DNA of 64,000 nucleotides from Oligoflexia bacterium. GTDB taxonomy: Bacteria; Bdellovibrionota; Bdellovibrionia; JABDDW01. The stretch spans positions 38,339 to 102,338 of the forward strand of contig JAYTHU010000231.1 of NCBI GenBank assembly GCA_043732305.1, in the 5' to 3' direction. The translations under genes were made by a program, and so were the position numbers. Shown piece after piece: positions 25,736 to 35,935 of this stretch; the stretch's first letter is position 1, and every line of letters begins with the position of its first letter. The notes beneath the pieces were generated by a model that was not told the DNA's origin, searched no databases, and saw only the letters and a program-made list of their open reading frames with translations.

Positions 25736-27748
25736 TCAGGGGGCTAGCGTCAAGTACCGACTTAACATTTTATCGACCATTAGAGCCCCGCCATCTGCGG
25801 AGAGATGTTCTGCATCGGTGTACATCGACTTTCCGCCTCTGAAGATGCTGCAAATGCCATGGACGCACACCTCATCACCGGCATAAAACACTTTTACTCT
25901 AGAAGCAAAAAGAGCTTTCTGACGTTCGAGAATCGCCCAATAATTAGCTTGAGAAGCTTGATATTCAATAAAGTTCGTATCACAAGACGAGCGAGCGGAT
26001 TTAGAAAACCGAAAAGGCCTCGCACCCCCACAGTCCTTTGGACTTAAAATATCGAGTGCCATTTCCGGGTGGGCAGCATAAATAATCACTTTTTTTCCCG
26101 CATCGGTGAGACGTCGCAGACTTTTATTTAATCCATATTCATATGCTTCGCCTAAATTTTTGAAACTTTCGTTATTTTTTTGGATCGTAAAGCCAGTCGG
26201 ATTTCCCCGCCTTACACCCGTGATATATGGCGCACCTAGCGTTACCATTATCACCGTTTTGATATTCTCGTTCTGCAAAAGATAATTCATTATTTCTTCG
26301 TTAGAAACAACACAAAATTCAGGCATGGATGTGTATTTCAATTGCACGTTTGCTAGTGTGGGACATCCGCTCTGTTCTAAAAGCAAAGGGAAATGCCCGT
26401 AATGCTCAAATCCCAATTGTATGGCTAAACTTAAACTGTCACCCCATACAGCTGTATCAGGGCTAACATTTAATTTCTGTCTACAAAATCCGAAAGGAAG
26501 ATTTTTAAGCTCTGAAGGGCAACCAAAGTTTTTATTTCGCTTGGTAAGAATATCGTGAGGATCTAAAAAACTCATTTTACTCAAGCCGTTTGATTCTAAC
26601 CTGTACGGGAATCCTTCATTTTCATAGGTGGTAAAACCTATTAAAAATACCACTGATAAAAGAGCCAATGAAAATCCAACAGTTTTTTGGCTCAGCTTTT
26701 TATTGTCCTTAAAATTTAATTTGCTTTGAATTGGCTTCTCAATAAATCTGTAAGTCACAAAAGCCAAAACAAAAGATAAAATCAAGGCGCACGTTATCTG
26801 AAAATTAGAAATCTGACTCACTTCCGTGATGTGTAGTATTGAAAGCAGAGGCCAATGCCAGAGGTAAAGCGGATAGCTAATAAGTCCAATACCTACAGCC
26901 AAAGAATTCTCTAATATTATTTTACATATTTTAGAATGACCTCCAAAATATATCAGAAGTGCAGTGCTTATAGTTGGAACAAGAGCCCACCATCCAGGAT
27001 AAGATAATTTTTCAGAATATTTCACGCATGTAATGAGAATCGATAAAATTCCTACGAGTGCCAGAAATTCATAAACAATTTTTAATTTTATATTTTCGAG
27101 ATGAACTTTTCGAGATGGAATAAAAATTAAGAGTGAACCGGCTGCAAATTGCCAGAGGCGCGTGGTCATGCCAAAAAATACTGAAGAAGCGTCATGATTT
27201 ATCTGAGTGACATTTAAAATCAAAGATGCGACGAGAAAAACTATAATCGGGACCTTAGGAAGACGATTCCAAATTTTATAAGTTAGGAAAAGAAAAAGCG
27301 GCCAAAAAAGATAAAATTGTTCTTCTACACCTAGCGACCAAAGATGAAGAAAAGGTTTTGTATTGGCACTATGATCAAAATATCCAGCTTCTTTCCACAA
27401 GAGAAGGTTAGTCATGAAACTAGCAGCACCCATAAGATGTTTTCCGAAGGAAGCCATCTCATCAGGGAGAAAAATAAAATAACTGACTGCGGAAACAGTC
27501 AATGTCATGATTAAGAAAGCAGGAAGTAGCCTTCGGAATCTTCGAGCGTAAAAAGTCGAGAAATGAAAAATTCCTGCTTCCAGCTCTCGAAAAATAATTC
27601 CAGAAATCAAATAACCTGAGATGACAAAAAATACGTCGACGCCCACAAATCCACCCGGAAGCGCGTGAGGAAACCCGTGAAATATAAGAACTGCTAAAAC
27701 TGCCCAGCATCGTATTCCATCTACATGCCGCTGGTAATTTGGAGCCAC
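25736..27748 (-). CDS. Acyltransferase-3 plus SGNH domain O-acetyltransferase (OafA/OatA-like)
   Basis: DGIRCWAVLAV, GGFVGVDVFFVISGYLI, HLWSLGVEEQFY, ISYPLYLWHWP, VWGDS, DAEHLS. Confidence 0.9.
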   Translation of the reverse strand: MAPNYQRHVDGIRCWAVLAVLIFHGFPHALPGGFVGVDVFFVISGYLISGIIFRELEAGIFHFSTFYARRFRRLLPAFLIMTLTVSAVSYFIFLPDEMASFGKHLMGAASFMTNLLLWKEAGYFDHSANTKPFLHLWSLGVEEQFYLFWPLFLFLTYKIWNRLPKVPIIVFLVASLILNVTQINHDASSVFFGMTTRLWQFAAGSLLIFIPSRKVHLENIKLKIVYEFLALVGILSILITCVKYSEKLSYPGWWALVPTISTALLIYFGGHSKICKIILENSLAVGIGLISYPLYLWHWPLLSILHITEVSQISNFQITCALILSFVLAFVTYRFIEKPIQSKLNFKDNKKLSQKTVGFSLALLSVVFLIGFTTYENEGFPYRLESNGLSKMSFLDPHDILTKRNKNFGCPSELKNLPFGFCRQKLNVSPDTAVWGDSLSLAIQLGFEHYGHFPLLLEQSGCPTLANVQLKYTSMPEFCVVSNEEIMNYLLQNENIKTVIMVTLGAPYITGVRRGNPTGFTIQKNNESFKNLGEAYEYGLNKSLRRLTDAGKKVIIYAAHPEMALDILSPKDCGGARPFRFSKSARSSCDTNFIEYQASQANYWAILERQKALFASRVKVFYAGDEVCVHGICSIFRGGKSMYTDAEHLSADGGALMVDKMLSRYLTLAP

Positions 27749-27753
27749 TATTA

Positions 27754-28890
27754 CTAAATATCGAAGCCAATGAATTGGCATTCAATGGCGCCGTTGAAGA
27801 CGCGGTGGCGTTCAGCAGGTTTTTGATCGATGGCTTTGATCAAAACTTCGGCCAAATGAGGGTCACTGGCTAAGGTGAAAAAGCGCCACCCCTTGCCTTT
27901 GAAATTCTCGCTCAGCACCTTGCCTAAATTATTGTACAAAGGAATGAGTGCCTCTTGGCTCCCGAGTCTTTCACCATAGGGTGGATTGACAATAATAATT
28001 CCCGGTTCGGGCGCGGGCCGGAATTCCAAAATGTCTTGCTGCTTAAACAAAGTGACAATTTCAGTTTCAGCATTGGCGGCGTTCGCTCTAGCTGCCGCAA
28101 GAGCACGTCCATCATTGTCCGATCCGTAAATTCTAAATGGGACGTCGGAGAGTTCACGCGCGCCAATTTCCTCGGAGATTTTTTGGAATGCATCTTTTTG
28201 GTAGGTCTTCCATTTTTGAAAACCAAAGCGACTACGAAATATTCCGGGAGGACGATTGAGCGCCATGAGTCCTGCTTCAATACAAAAGGTGCCCGATCCA
28301 CACATGGGATCCATGAGCGCACTCTTGCCATTCCAACCTGTCATTTTAACGAGAGCTGCAGCGAGATTTTCTTTGAGTGGTGCAGAAGCTCCGCGGTCCC
28401 GGTAACCACGCAAATGCAGTGAACCACCGGAAGTGTCGAGTGAAACTGTGCAGACGTTTTTTACTAATCGTAGGGAAATTTGCATGTCGGGATTTTCGGT
28501 GTCCACGTTTGGACGTTCACCAAATTTTTTACGGAACTGATCGGCAACGGCATCTTTAGCTTTCAAAGCCACGATCCGCAAATCTCTGATCACGCTATCA
28601 CGCACACTTGAGTCCATCGCCATCGTTTGATCGACGTTGATATACTTGGTCCAATCATGCTTGAGCATGTTGTGATAAACCTGGTCAGGCTCATAAGCTG
28701 GAAAATCTAAAACGGGATAAAGAATGCGAGAGGCGGAAACAACTTCCACGTTGGCCTTATAACAGTCAGCCCAACTTCCTTCGAATCCAACTCCTGCGAT
28801 ACCAGGAAATGTTTTTAATCCTAATTTTTCTAATTCTTTAGTGAGAACTCTTTCGAGTCCGCGGGGAACGGTTGCAAAAAATTTTGGCAT
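27754..28890 (-). CDS. rlmL: THUMP-domain RNA methyltransferase (RlmL-like, 23S m2G2445)
   Basis: LDTSG.SLHLRGYR, APLKENLAAA, DPMCGSGT, NPPYGERL. Confidence 0.85.
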   Translation of the reverse strand: MPKFFATVPRGLERVLTKELEKLGLKTFPGIAGVGFEGSWADCYKANVEVVSASRILYPVLDFPAYEPDQVYHNMLKHDWTKYINVDQTMAMDSSVRDSVIRDLRIVALKAKDAVADQFRKKFGERPNVDTENPDMQISLRLVKNVCTVSLDTSGGSLHLRGYRDRGASAPLKENLAAALVKMTGWNGKSALMDPMCGSGTFCIEAGLMALNRPPGIFRSRFGFQKWKTYQKDAFQKISEEIGARELSDVPFRIYGSDNDGRALAAARANAANAETEIVTLFKQQDILEFRPAPEPGIIIVNPPYGERLGSQEALIPLYNNLGKVLSENFKGKGWRFFTLASDPHLAEVLIKAIDQKPAERHRVFNGAIECQFIGFDI

Positions 28891-30185
28891 TACTTCAGGC
28901 CTCTAGTTATCTCTTTTGGAATTTTATCAAATCCGCAATATTTTCTAAGTACTTCAGGAATCAAAACACTTCCATCTTCTTGTTGGAAGTTTTCTAAAAT
29001 CGCAACAAGCGTTCTTCCTACAGCCAATCCTGATCCGTTCAACGTGTGAACAAATTCTGGTTTACCACCAGCTTTTGGTTTGAATCGAATATTCGCGCGA
29101 CGGGCTTGGAAATCTTCAAAATTGCTGCAGCTAGAAATTTCGCGATAAGTATTTTGCCCAGGAAGCCAAACTTCTAAATCATAAGTTTTTGCCGAACCAA
29201 AGCCAATATCTCCAGAACATAAAATCATCGTGCGATACGGGAGCTCAAGTGCTTTCAGAATATTTTCCGCATGTGATGTTAAAAGTTCGTGCTGTTCATA
29301 TGAAGTTGCAGGATGAGCGAAACGCACAATTTCAACTTTATTAAACTGATGTTGGCGAATCAATCCCTTGGTGTCTTTTCCATAAGTTCCCGCTTCTGCA
29401 CGAAAGCAAGGGCTGTAAGCGGCAAAGGCAATCGGAAGTTGATCTTCATTCAATGTTTCATCGCGATAGAAATTTGTGACAGGAACTTCAGAGGTAGGGA
29501 TAAGCATGTAGTCTGGCGATTTGAGATGGAAAAGATCTTCGCCGAATTTTGGAAGTTGGGAGGTGCCCACCATCGATGCATTATTCACCATTAAAGGCGG
29601 AATCATTTCTTCGTAGCCGTTTTTACCAATGTGTTGATCGAGCATAAAATTGATAAGCGCTCGTTCAACACTTGCGCCATATCCACGGACAAAGGTAAAT
29701 CTTGCTCCCGTGACTTTTGCGGCTCGTTCGAAATCGAGGATTTTTAGATCTTCACCGATTTCCCAATGCTCTTTGGGTTTGAAGGGAAATTTTCCAGGTT
29801 CGCCCCATTTTCTAACTTCTTTATTTGCAGTGGCTGAATCACCAACCGGAACACTTTCGTGAAGATAGTTCGGTAAACGAAGTGCTAGCTCACGAACTTC
29901 GGCGTCTATCAAAGTAGCCAAACCTTCTTGGCGCTTCACTTCTTGAACCATGGCTTTCATCTCATCTAAAAGGTGAGATGCATCGCCTTTTTCTTTTTTA
30001 ATTTTAGCAATTTGTTCGGTGACTTTATTTTGCTTTGCTTTTAATTCTTCGGCACTTTGTATGGTTTTCTTGCGCTCATTGTTTGCGGCAAGAACCTTGT
30101 CCACTTCAGAAAGATCGCCACCGCGAGCAGAAAGGGCTTTTTTATATTTTTCGGGGTCGGCGGCTAATGCTTTAAGATCGATCAT
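28890..30185 (-). CDS. serS: Serine--tRNA ligase
   Basis: MIDLK start, coiled-coil arm, [44 protein letters not shown]. Confidence 0.97.
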   Translation of the reverse strand: MIDLKALAADPEKYKKALSARGGDLSEVDKVLAANNERKKTIQSAEELKAKQNKVTEQIAKIKKEKGDASHLLDEMKAMVQEVKRQEGLATLIDAEVRELALRLPNYLHESVPVGDSATANKEVRKWGEPGKFPFKPKEHWEIGEDLKILDFERAAKVTGARFTFVRGYGASVERALINFMLDQHIGKNGYEEMIPPLMVNNASMVGTSQLPKFGEDLFHLKSPDYMLIPTSEVPVTNFYRDETLNEDQLPIAFAAYSPCFRAEAGTYGKDTKGLIRQHQFNKVEIVRFAHPATSYEQHELLTSHAENILKALELPYRTMILCSGDIGFGSAKTYDLEVWLPGQNTYREISSCSNFEDFQARRANIRFKPKAGGKPEFVHTLNGSGLAVGRTLVAILENFQQEDGSVLIPEVLRKYCGFDKIPKEITRGLK

Positions 30186-30196
30186 ACATCCTCTGA

Positions 30197-30484
30197 TTAT
30201 TCGCCGGGAGCGATAAGAATGTACATTCTTAGCAGCATTGCGGTCATGACACAAAACAAATTAAACAGAACAACTCCTGTGAATTTCCACTTTTGACTTA
30301 ATTTCACGAATGCGCCAGTCATAGCCACAATCACAAATATAAAAGCAAATGTAGCCATCGAGAAGAAACCCTTCAGCACAAGTGCCAGAGTCAGTCCCAA
30401 TAATATTCCGGAGATCGTCTTAGCGAGCAATAGGCCAAAACCTCTACTTGATTCTTTGAGTCGTCCTTGCATTTTTTTAATCAT
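30197..30484 (-). CDS. Small 3-TM membrane protein
   Basis: Three hydrophobic helices; in the operon between the TPR gene and serS. Confidence 0.7.
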   Translation of the reverse strand: MIKKMQGRLKESSRGFGLLLAKTISGILLGLTLALVLKGFFSMATFAFIFVIVAMTGAFVKLSQKWKFTGVVLFNLFCVMTAMLLRMYILIAPGE

Positions 30485-30492
30485 ATTTCCCC

Positions 30493-33237
30493 TTATTCCA
30501 GATCTTTCATTTTATCTAAAATTACAGCTTTGTCAGGTGGATTTGGGTCTAGGCGCAAGTATTGTTGGAAACTTCCAACAGCTTCGCCGGCCATTCCTTT
30601 TTGTTCGAAAATATAGCCTTGCTCACGATAAATTTCCGCAAACCCAGACTCCTTAGCTTCAGCTAATCGCAGCATCGCTAACGCTGAATCAAGTGCGCCG
30701 GCTCCATGATAGGCTTTGGCCTGCTTCACGTAAATATTTGCCGTCTGTGGTTTTAGTTCTGAAGCTCTTTGATAATCTTGCGCGGCTTGCTGATATTTTC
30801 GCAAAGTGAGATTGATGTCCCCTGAAAGTTCCCAAGGATCGGCTAACCGCGGATTGAGACGCTCTTCCTCTTTTAATTCTTTGAGAGCAAGATCCCCAGT
30901 ACCGGACTTAAAATACACTTTAGCGAGATTGTAATGGGTCAACGGAAATTTGGGATTGATCCTTGCCACCAATTGAAATTGTTTGACCGCTTCCTGATAT
31001 TTTCCTGCCTTGGTGTAAACTTCCCCAGATCTAAAAAGTCCTGCTGGATCACTAGGGTCTATGCGGGCAGCCGATAAATATGCTTGGAGTGCCCCATCAC
31101 CATTGCGGTTGAAATAATTCGCATCACCCAACAAGAGAAAAGCTTCTTTGTTATTGGGATCATATTGAACGACTTGGTTCAGAACTTTTTTGGCTTCATC
31201 ATATTGTTCGTCTTGAATGTAAACTTCGCTCAATCCAATTCGATATTCGATAGTTGAAGGATAGGTGTTAATGAGATCCTGAAAAAATCCGACGGCATTA
31301 GCCACTCCTTCAAAAGTCGCTCTGATCTTCCCGAAAGTCACCTGAGCTTCGGCATTTCTAGGATCAAGTTGGACGGCACGCTTGGCGTATTCTTCAGCTT
31401 TAACAACATTTTTTTTGCCGAGTAAGATTTTTGCCATCAACTGGTTTCCTAAAACATCAGTCTCATAACTTTGTAGTGCTCGTTGCACATAACTCTCAGC
31501 CGCAGTGAAATCTCCGCGTCTGTAATAAAATAAGCCGTAGGCTCTTAAAATTTCATAATTTCTGGGATTAGCTTTGAATCCTTGCTCAAGAGTATCTGCA
31601 GCGCCTTCAAAATTATAGAGGGTGGTTTTATAATCAGTGAGCTTAACGTAGGCAGAAACTAATTTCGGATCTGCGCTGATTGCCTTTTGCAAATAATCGA
31701 TTGCTTCTTGCGGTTGATGTAAACGCCAGAGAGATTCTCCAGCTCGCATAGCCGCTGTGGCATTTCCGGAATTTGCTTCGAAGGCGGCTTTGAATTGTGC
31801 TTGCGAAGCGAGGTAATTCTTCATGCGCCAATATTCTTCACCGAGCTGCATGTATTGTTTGTCGTTGCTAGAACTCCTAATTTGATTAAAATCTCCACCC
31901 ATTTTTCGTACTAAATCCCTAAGGGCAGGATCACTTGGATTAAGCGCATATGCCAACGAGGCTTGTTTAAGAGCTGCTAAATCGTCTCCGGATTTTTTAT
32001 AAATTTGCGCAAGCACCACACGCCCGCGAGCTTCTGTTTGGGGTAAAAGTTTTTCCGGTGACTCAAAAGCTAAAATTAGATCTTCTTTCGCTTTCTCAGA
32101 ATGATTGAAATAAATTTCTTCAACTACTCCCATTTCTAAGCGAGCACCCGAATGGTTGGGATTCATCTCCAACGCTTTATTTAAATATGCTTTTGCCTGG
32201 GAAGCTTGACCAAGCTTGCTGTAACAAACTCCTAACATGTATTGAGGCTTCACCCAGTAAGGCAAAAGGGTCGCCGCTTTTTCGAAATAATTTCGCGCCT
32301 GATCATAATCAGCAGAATTATAGAAATTCTGCGCTTTTAATTCGTAAAATCTTCCCTCAGTTGGATCTGCAATTAAACCCGAATCAATTTGAGATTTTGA
32401 GTTCACATCGTAACTCAAAAGAGTATCCGCAATGGCGGTGGCGAGCGCTCGTTTCTGACCATAAAGATCAGCTCTCGAAGCCGCTTGTAAAAGCCACTGG
32501 ATGACCGCTTGATCATGACTGTCTTGTCGCACGAAGGGCCAGAGTTCATAGTCAGTGAGAAGGAGCATTACAATGGCATCGACGTTGCCCGGAGATTCTT
32601 CCACCGCACGCACGTAAAATTCTTCGGCCTTAATATAATTTAAAAATGTGTCTTTATAAAAAGCTCCCCAGCCGATTTTGAACTGTTCTCTGGATTTATT
32701 AGCATCACTTTTTTCTTTTGGTTGAGGACTGATGAGATTTAGAGAATGACCGGTCACCACACGTTTATGGGTAAGTCCGACCACAAAAAGCGCAATAGCA
32801 GCTCCAATAATAAGCAGGGGTATAAAGTTTTGTTTGTGATTAGATTTTTTTCGTCTTTTTTCATTGAACTCGGTTGTTGATTTTTGCGCAGATAATGGAG
32901 GAACGGCCTTTAATATTTTTGATTTTACGGTTCCCCGCTCGAGTGGAACTTTGATTTCCTCTTTATTCTCGGAAACAATTGGAGGCAACTCACCCGAAGG
33001 TTTTATTTTATTCTTTTTCGATGGATTGGACCCTTGAGATAGAACTTGCATGAAAATTTCAGTGAGTTCTGCCGCGTGAGAAAATGATTCCCAATCGCCC
33101 GCTGGATACTCCGAGGCTTCTTCCTCTCCAGTCAGGACGCCCTTCAATAATAACTCGGAAATTTTATTTTTATCGAAAGGTCCATAGATGTGCCCGGACG
33201 CCATCCGGAAAATCCATCTTTTGTTTTGTGATGTCAT
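30493..33237 (-). CDS. Membrane-anchored TPR protein with N-terminal GYF_2-like domain
   Basis: WIFRMASGHIYGPF (GYF_2-like), one TM helix, then many TPR repeats. Confidence 0.85.
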   Translation of the reverse strand: MTSQNKRWIFRMASGHIYGPFDKNKISELLLKGVLTGEEEASEYPAGDWESFSHAAELTEIFMQVLSQGSNPSKKNKIKPSGELPPIVSENKEEIKVPLERGTVKSKILKAVPPLSAQKSTTEFNEKRRKKSNHKQNFIPLLIIGAAIALFVVGLTHKRVVTGHSLNLISPQPKEKSDANKSREQFKIGWGAFYKDTFLNYIKAEEFYVRAVEESPGNVDAIVMLLLTDYELWPFVRQDSHDQAVIQWLLQAASRADLYGQKRALATAIADTLLSYDVNSKSQIDSGLIADPTEGRFYELKAQNFYNSADYDQARNYFEKAATLLPYWVKPQYMLGVCYSKLGQASQAKAYLNKALEMNPNHSGARLEMGVVEEIYFNHSEKAKEDLILAFESPEKLLPQTEARGRVVLAQIYKKSGDDLAALKQASLAYALNPSDPALRDLVRKMGGDFNQIRSSSNDKQYMQLGEEYWRMKNYLASQAQFKAAFEANSGNATAAMRAGESLWRLHQPQEAIDYLQKAISADPKLVSAYVKLTDYKTTLYNFEGAADTLEQGFKANPRNYEILRAYGLFYYRRGDFTAAESYVQRALQSYETDVLGNQLMAKILLGKKNVVKAEEYAKRAVQLDPRNAEAQVTFGKIRATFEGVANAVGFFQDLINTYPSTIEYRIGLSEVYIQDEQYDEAKKVLNQVVQYDPNNKEAFLLLGDANYFNRNGDGALQAYLSAARIDPSDPAGLFRSGEVYTKAGKYQEAVKQFQLVARINPKFPLTHYNLAKVYFKSGTGDLALKELKEEERLNPRLADPWELSGDINLTLRKYQQAAQDYQRASELKPQTANIYVKQAKAYHGAGALDSALAMLRLAEAKESGFAEIYREQGYIFEQKGMAGEAVGSFQQYLRLDPNPPDKAVILDKMKDLE

Positions 33238-33326
33238 GTATTTAAGTCTACGGGATCAGCGGCTTTTAGAGAAGATGCATGTCGCCCGCAAACGCAGATC
33301 CAGACTGGGCTTTGGCCGGGTCGAGT

Positions 33327-33653
33327 CTAGAGTTTTCCGTTTGAAAGCAAATGCACATGCAAATGAAAAACGATCTGACCGCCACCAGCACCAGTGTGGA
33401 TCACGGTTTTATAACCTTGATTCACAAGATTGTCTTTTTCGGTAACGTCTTTCACCGCTAGAAATAGATCTGTCATGATCGACATTTTTTCTGCTGGAAT
33501 ATCGGCCAACGAATGAAAATGCTCTTTAGTAACAAAGAGATAATGAACATCCGCCTTAGGTTGAATATCTTTAAACCCAAGTATCTTTTCATTTTCAAAT
33601 ATCTTGGTCGCCGGGAGTTGACCCGCCACAATTTTACAGAAGAGACAATCCAT
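33327..33653 (-). CDS. HIT family nucleotide hydrolase
   Basis: MDCLFCKIV and GQIVFHLHVHLL histidine triad. Confidence 0.93.
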   Translation of the reverse strand: MDCLFCKIVAGQLPATKIFENEKILGFKDIQPKADVHYLFVTKEHFHSLADIPAEKMSIMTDLFLAVKDVTEKDNLVNQGYKTVIHTGAGGGQIVFHLHVHLLSNGKL

Positions 33654-33769
33654 ATAGTTCCATTCTGAGACTAAAAAAGGGTTAGTTCCAAATGCGTACC
33701 ATATGGCTTAGCGCGTTGTCATCTCCTGAAGTCCTTGTTTCATCTGAAGTTTTAAATCGTGACGCTTTC

Positions 33770-33785
33770 TGGCACATCGATTGCT
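33770..33785 (+). promoter_or_regulatory. Consensus sigma-54 promoter
   Basis: TGGCAC-ATCGA-TTGCT is an exact TGGCAC-N5-TTGCW match. Confidence 0.8.
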
Positions 33786-33806
33786 ATAGTGGCGAGAGAG
33801 TAAAAT

Positions 33807-33929
33807 ATGATGTCAAAAAAATTGTTGATCTTAATTTATGTAGTGGCGGTTCTCCTGTTTTCAGGATTTATGGCTCATGCATCATCAACAAAAGTTTTGA
33901 ACTCTGTTTTGCTCACAGCTAATCACTAA
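33807..33929 (+). CDS. Unannotated 40-aa signal-peptide-like small protein
   Basis: MMSKKLLILIYVVAVLLFSGFMAHASSTKVLNSVLLTANH: n/h/c regions with an AHA cleavage site; directly after the sigma-54 promoter. Confidence 0.6.
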   Translation: MMSKKLLILIYVVAVLLFSGFMAHASSTKVLNSVLLTANH

Positions 33930-34003
33930 GCTTCATTGAAGGCACTAAAGCAGCCTCTATTGATGAAACGAAGTGAGGAGCAAATTCAAGTCCCCCTCTA
34001 TGT

Positions 34004-34042
34004 AGAGCAGATCACCCCCTCCCCCGATCTGCTCTTTTTTTT
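34004..34042 (+). terminator. Rho-independent terminator with C-rich loop
   Basis: AGAGCAGATC-ACCCCCTCCCCC-GATCTGCTCT-TTTTTTT: perfect 10-bp stem plus T-tract. Confidence 0.85.
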
Positions 34043-34141
34043 GTCTTATTTTCAACAAAGCAATCTTCATGAGCAAGTTTTGAGCTTGGGCTCAAACCTA
34101 GATGATCTCCGCGAGGTATGTTTTTCGCACTGCTGAAATAA

Positions 34142-35935
34142 ATGATTCGAATTTTTCCGATTTTGTTCTTAGGACTCTTGGCGTTCTCTAGTGATGTCTC
34201 ACTAGCAAATGAGGCTACCCCAGAAAATCTTCCGGACAACGCTCGCATTCTTGGCGCGGCCACGTATCGTCCGGAAACACTTCGCAAGCTCGCAAACCCG
34301 GTTTTACTTTATGTGGATTTTGATTGGTTAGTCGAACAGGGTTGGAATCTGGAAACTCTCACCTTAGAAAAGCTATACGACAAATACGCCTATGCCATTC
34401 CGATGAAAGGTGAAGTCGAAAGCGCTTACACTTCCGAGACTAAAACTTTTTATTCCGATTTTTATGGTGGTGATCTCATTGGCTACAACTATGGAAGCGG
34501 AAGAGTTGTCACGTCCGAAACATTTCAGATCAAAGGTGCCGGACCAACTTCGATGTTGTCTAAGGCCCACAAAGCAAATGATACAAATAAATTCCATGTT
34601 GGCGCGGTCACATTACAAGAAGGAATAATCGAAACATTAAAATCTCAGGTGGCACACAACGAGTTTCCACAAGGCGCCAATCGAGTTGGGATTTTAATTA
34701 AGACTGGAACAAAAGTTAAGATTGGCAAAATTTTTGAAAATCGCGCCATCATTGTCAGAGCAGATGAAGTCCGGCCGGCCCATTTTATAGAGAATGAAAA
34801 TCTCACGGGACGCGCTCGAAAAAAAGAAAAAAACCGAGTGGATGAAATCATACATCAATATTTTGAAAATAAAACTCCGCCAGGGTTAGACGATTTTTTT
34901 ACGAATTTATATGTGCAAATGGGAAAATCCGCGGGCTTTGCTTACGCCAACAGACTATACAGCGGCGGTATCACGGCCTCAAATATTGGAATGAATGGCC
35001 GCATTATTGATTTTGGTTGGTTCGTGGGACTGGACGGATATGCATCCGTTGCCGTGACACCGCGCTGGGATTATAACGGACTAAATGCTGACTACAAAAG
35101 AGCGTTGACCGGGTTGTGGAAATCCGTTCGTCAACGCCTCCCTCATTTGCTCGATAAAAAACGCTTAGAGCTAGTTTTTAACAATGCGGCTAAAACTGAA
35201 ATGTATGCGCAGTTTCAAAGCCAATTTGGAATGCCATCCGAAATGTTAAAAGATCATTCAAGTTTCATAGGAGATACCTTTTATCGTTTAGCTGCAGCTG
35301 GAAATGATAATTATATAAACAGAGAGTATTACCCAGGGCGGACGGGATATTTTGATATTCGCCATCTCCTCACGGTGACCGCCTCTCACCTTTTCATATT
35401 ACAAAGTACTTTCGATGAATCTACAATGTCTTCATATTTGGATTCTTTGCTTTCGCCAGATATTCCGGATAGCGACACCCGAAAATTCTTTATTGAAGAA
35501 TACATGCACGTGATTCAGGTAGGCCTTGCATGGGCAAAACAGAATGACATCAGCCGCGAAAATTTCTACAAGTATATTGCTTTAGCTTCTGAGATTAGAA
35601 GCAAACGTCAAATATATATCAATCATGAATATTTACAGAAATTACATTGGCAGGAAATTGAGCGTGATCATATAAATACAAATGATCCTCGTCTGATTCA
35701 AGATGCACTTCCTCAAGCGATCGCCGCTAGTCGACGCCTATTCAAAGAAGCGGAGCCATTCACACTTGTGCTTAACGAGCATACAACCGCTGATTATGGA
35801 ATCAGAAAACAAAGAATTTTTAATTTAAAAACGGGCGTGATCTCGGAAAAAACAGTGGGTCATTTTTTAAATCGACATAAAGCAGTGCTTCCGGATTACT
35901 GCAGGGACGTCTTCATTAAAATCATAGAGAATTGA
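34142..35935 (+). CDS. Secreted SelO/YdiU-like (protein adenylyltransferase fold) protein
   Basis: Signal peptide; YGG...GSGRV, FQIKGAGPT, GAVTLQEGIIE, RAIIVR, RPAHF, SGGITASNIGMNGRIIDFG. Confidence 0.7.
   Translation: MIRIFPILFLGLLAFSSDVSLANEATPENLPDNARILGAATYRPETLRKLANPVLLYVDFDWLVEQGWNLETLTLEKLYDKYAYAIPMKGEVESAYTSETKTFYSDFYGGDLIGYNYGSGRVVTSETFQIKGAGPTSMLSKAHKANDTNKFHVGAVTLQEGIIETLKSQVAHNEFPQGANRVGILIKTGTKVKIGKIFENRAIIVRADEVRPAHFIENENLTGRARKKEKNRVDEIIHQYFENKTPPGLDDFFTNLYVQMGKSAGFAYANRLYSGGITASNIGMNGRIIDFGWFVGLDGYASVAVTPRWDYNGLNADYKRALTGLWKSVRQRLPHLLDKKRLELVFNNAAKTEMYAQFQSQFGMPSEMLKDHSSFIGDTFYRLAAAGNDNYINREYYPGRTGYFDIRHLLTVTASHLFILQSTFDESTMSSYLDSLLSPDIPDSDTRKFFIEEYMHVIQVGLAWAKQNDISRENFYKYIALASEIRSKRQIYINHEYLQKLHWQEIERDHINTNDPRLIQDALPQAIAASRRLFKEAEPFTLVLNEHTTADYGIRKQRIFNLKTGVISEKTVGHFLNRHKAVLPDYCRDVFIKIIEN

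Noticed and set aside
33240..33326. GC-rich intergenic stretch with an imperfect stem (minus strand GGATCTGCG...CGCTGATCC), considered as a riboswitch or SRP RNA
   Set aside because: It lacks c-di-GMP-I, SRP or other motifs I can recognise; an Rfam/Infernal search would be needed.
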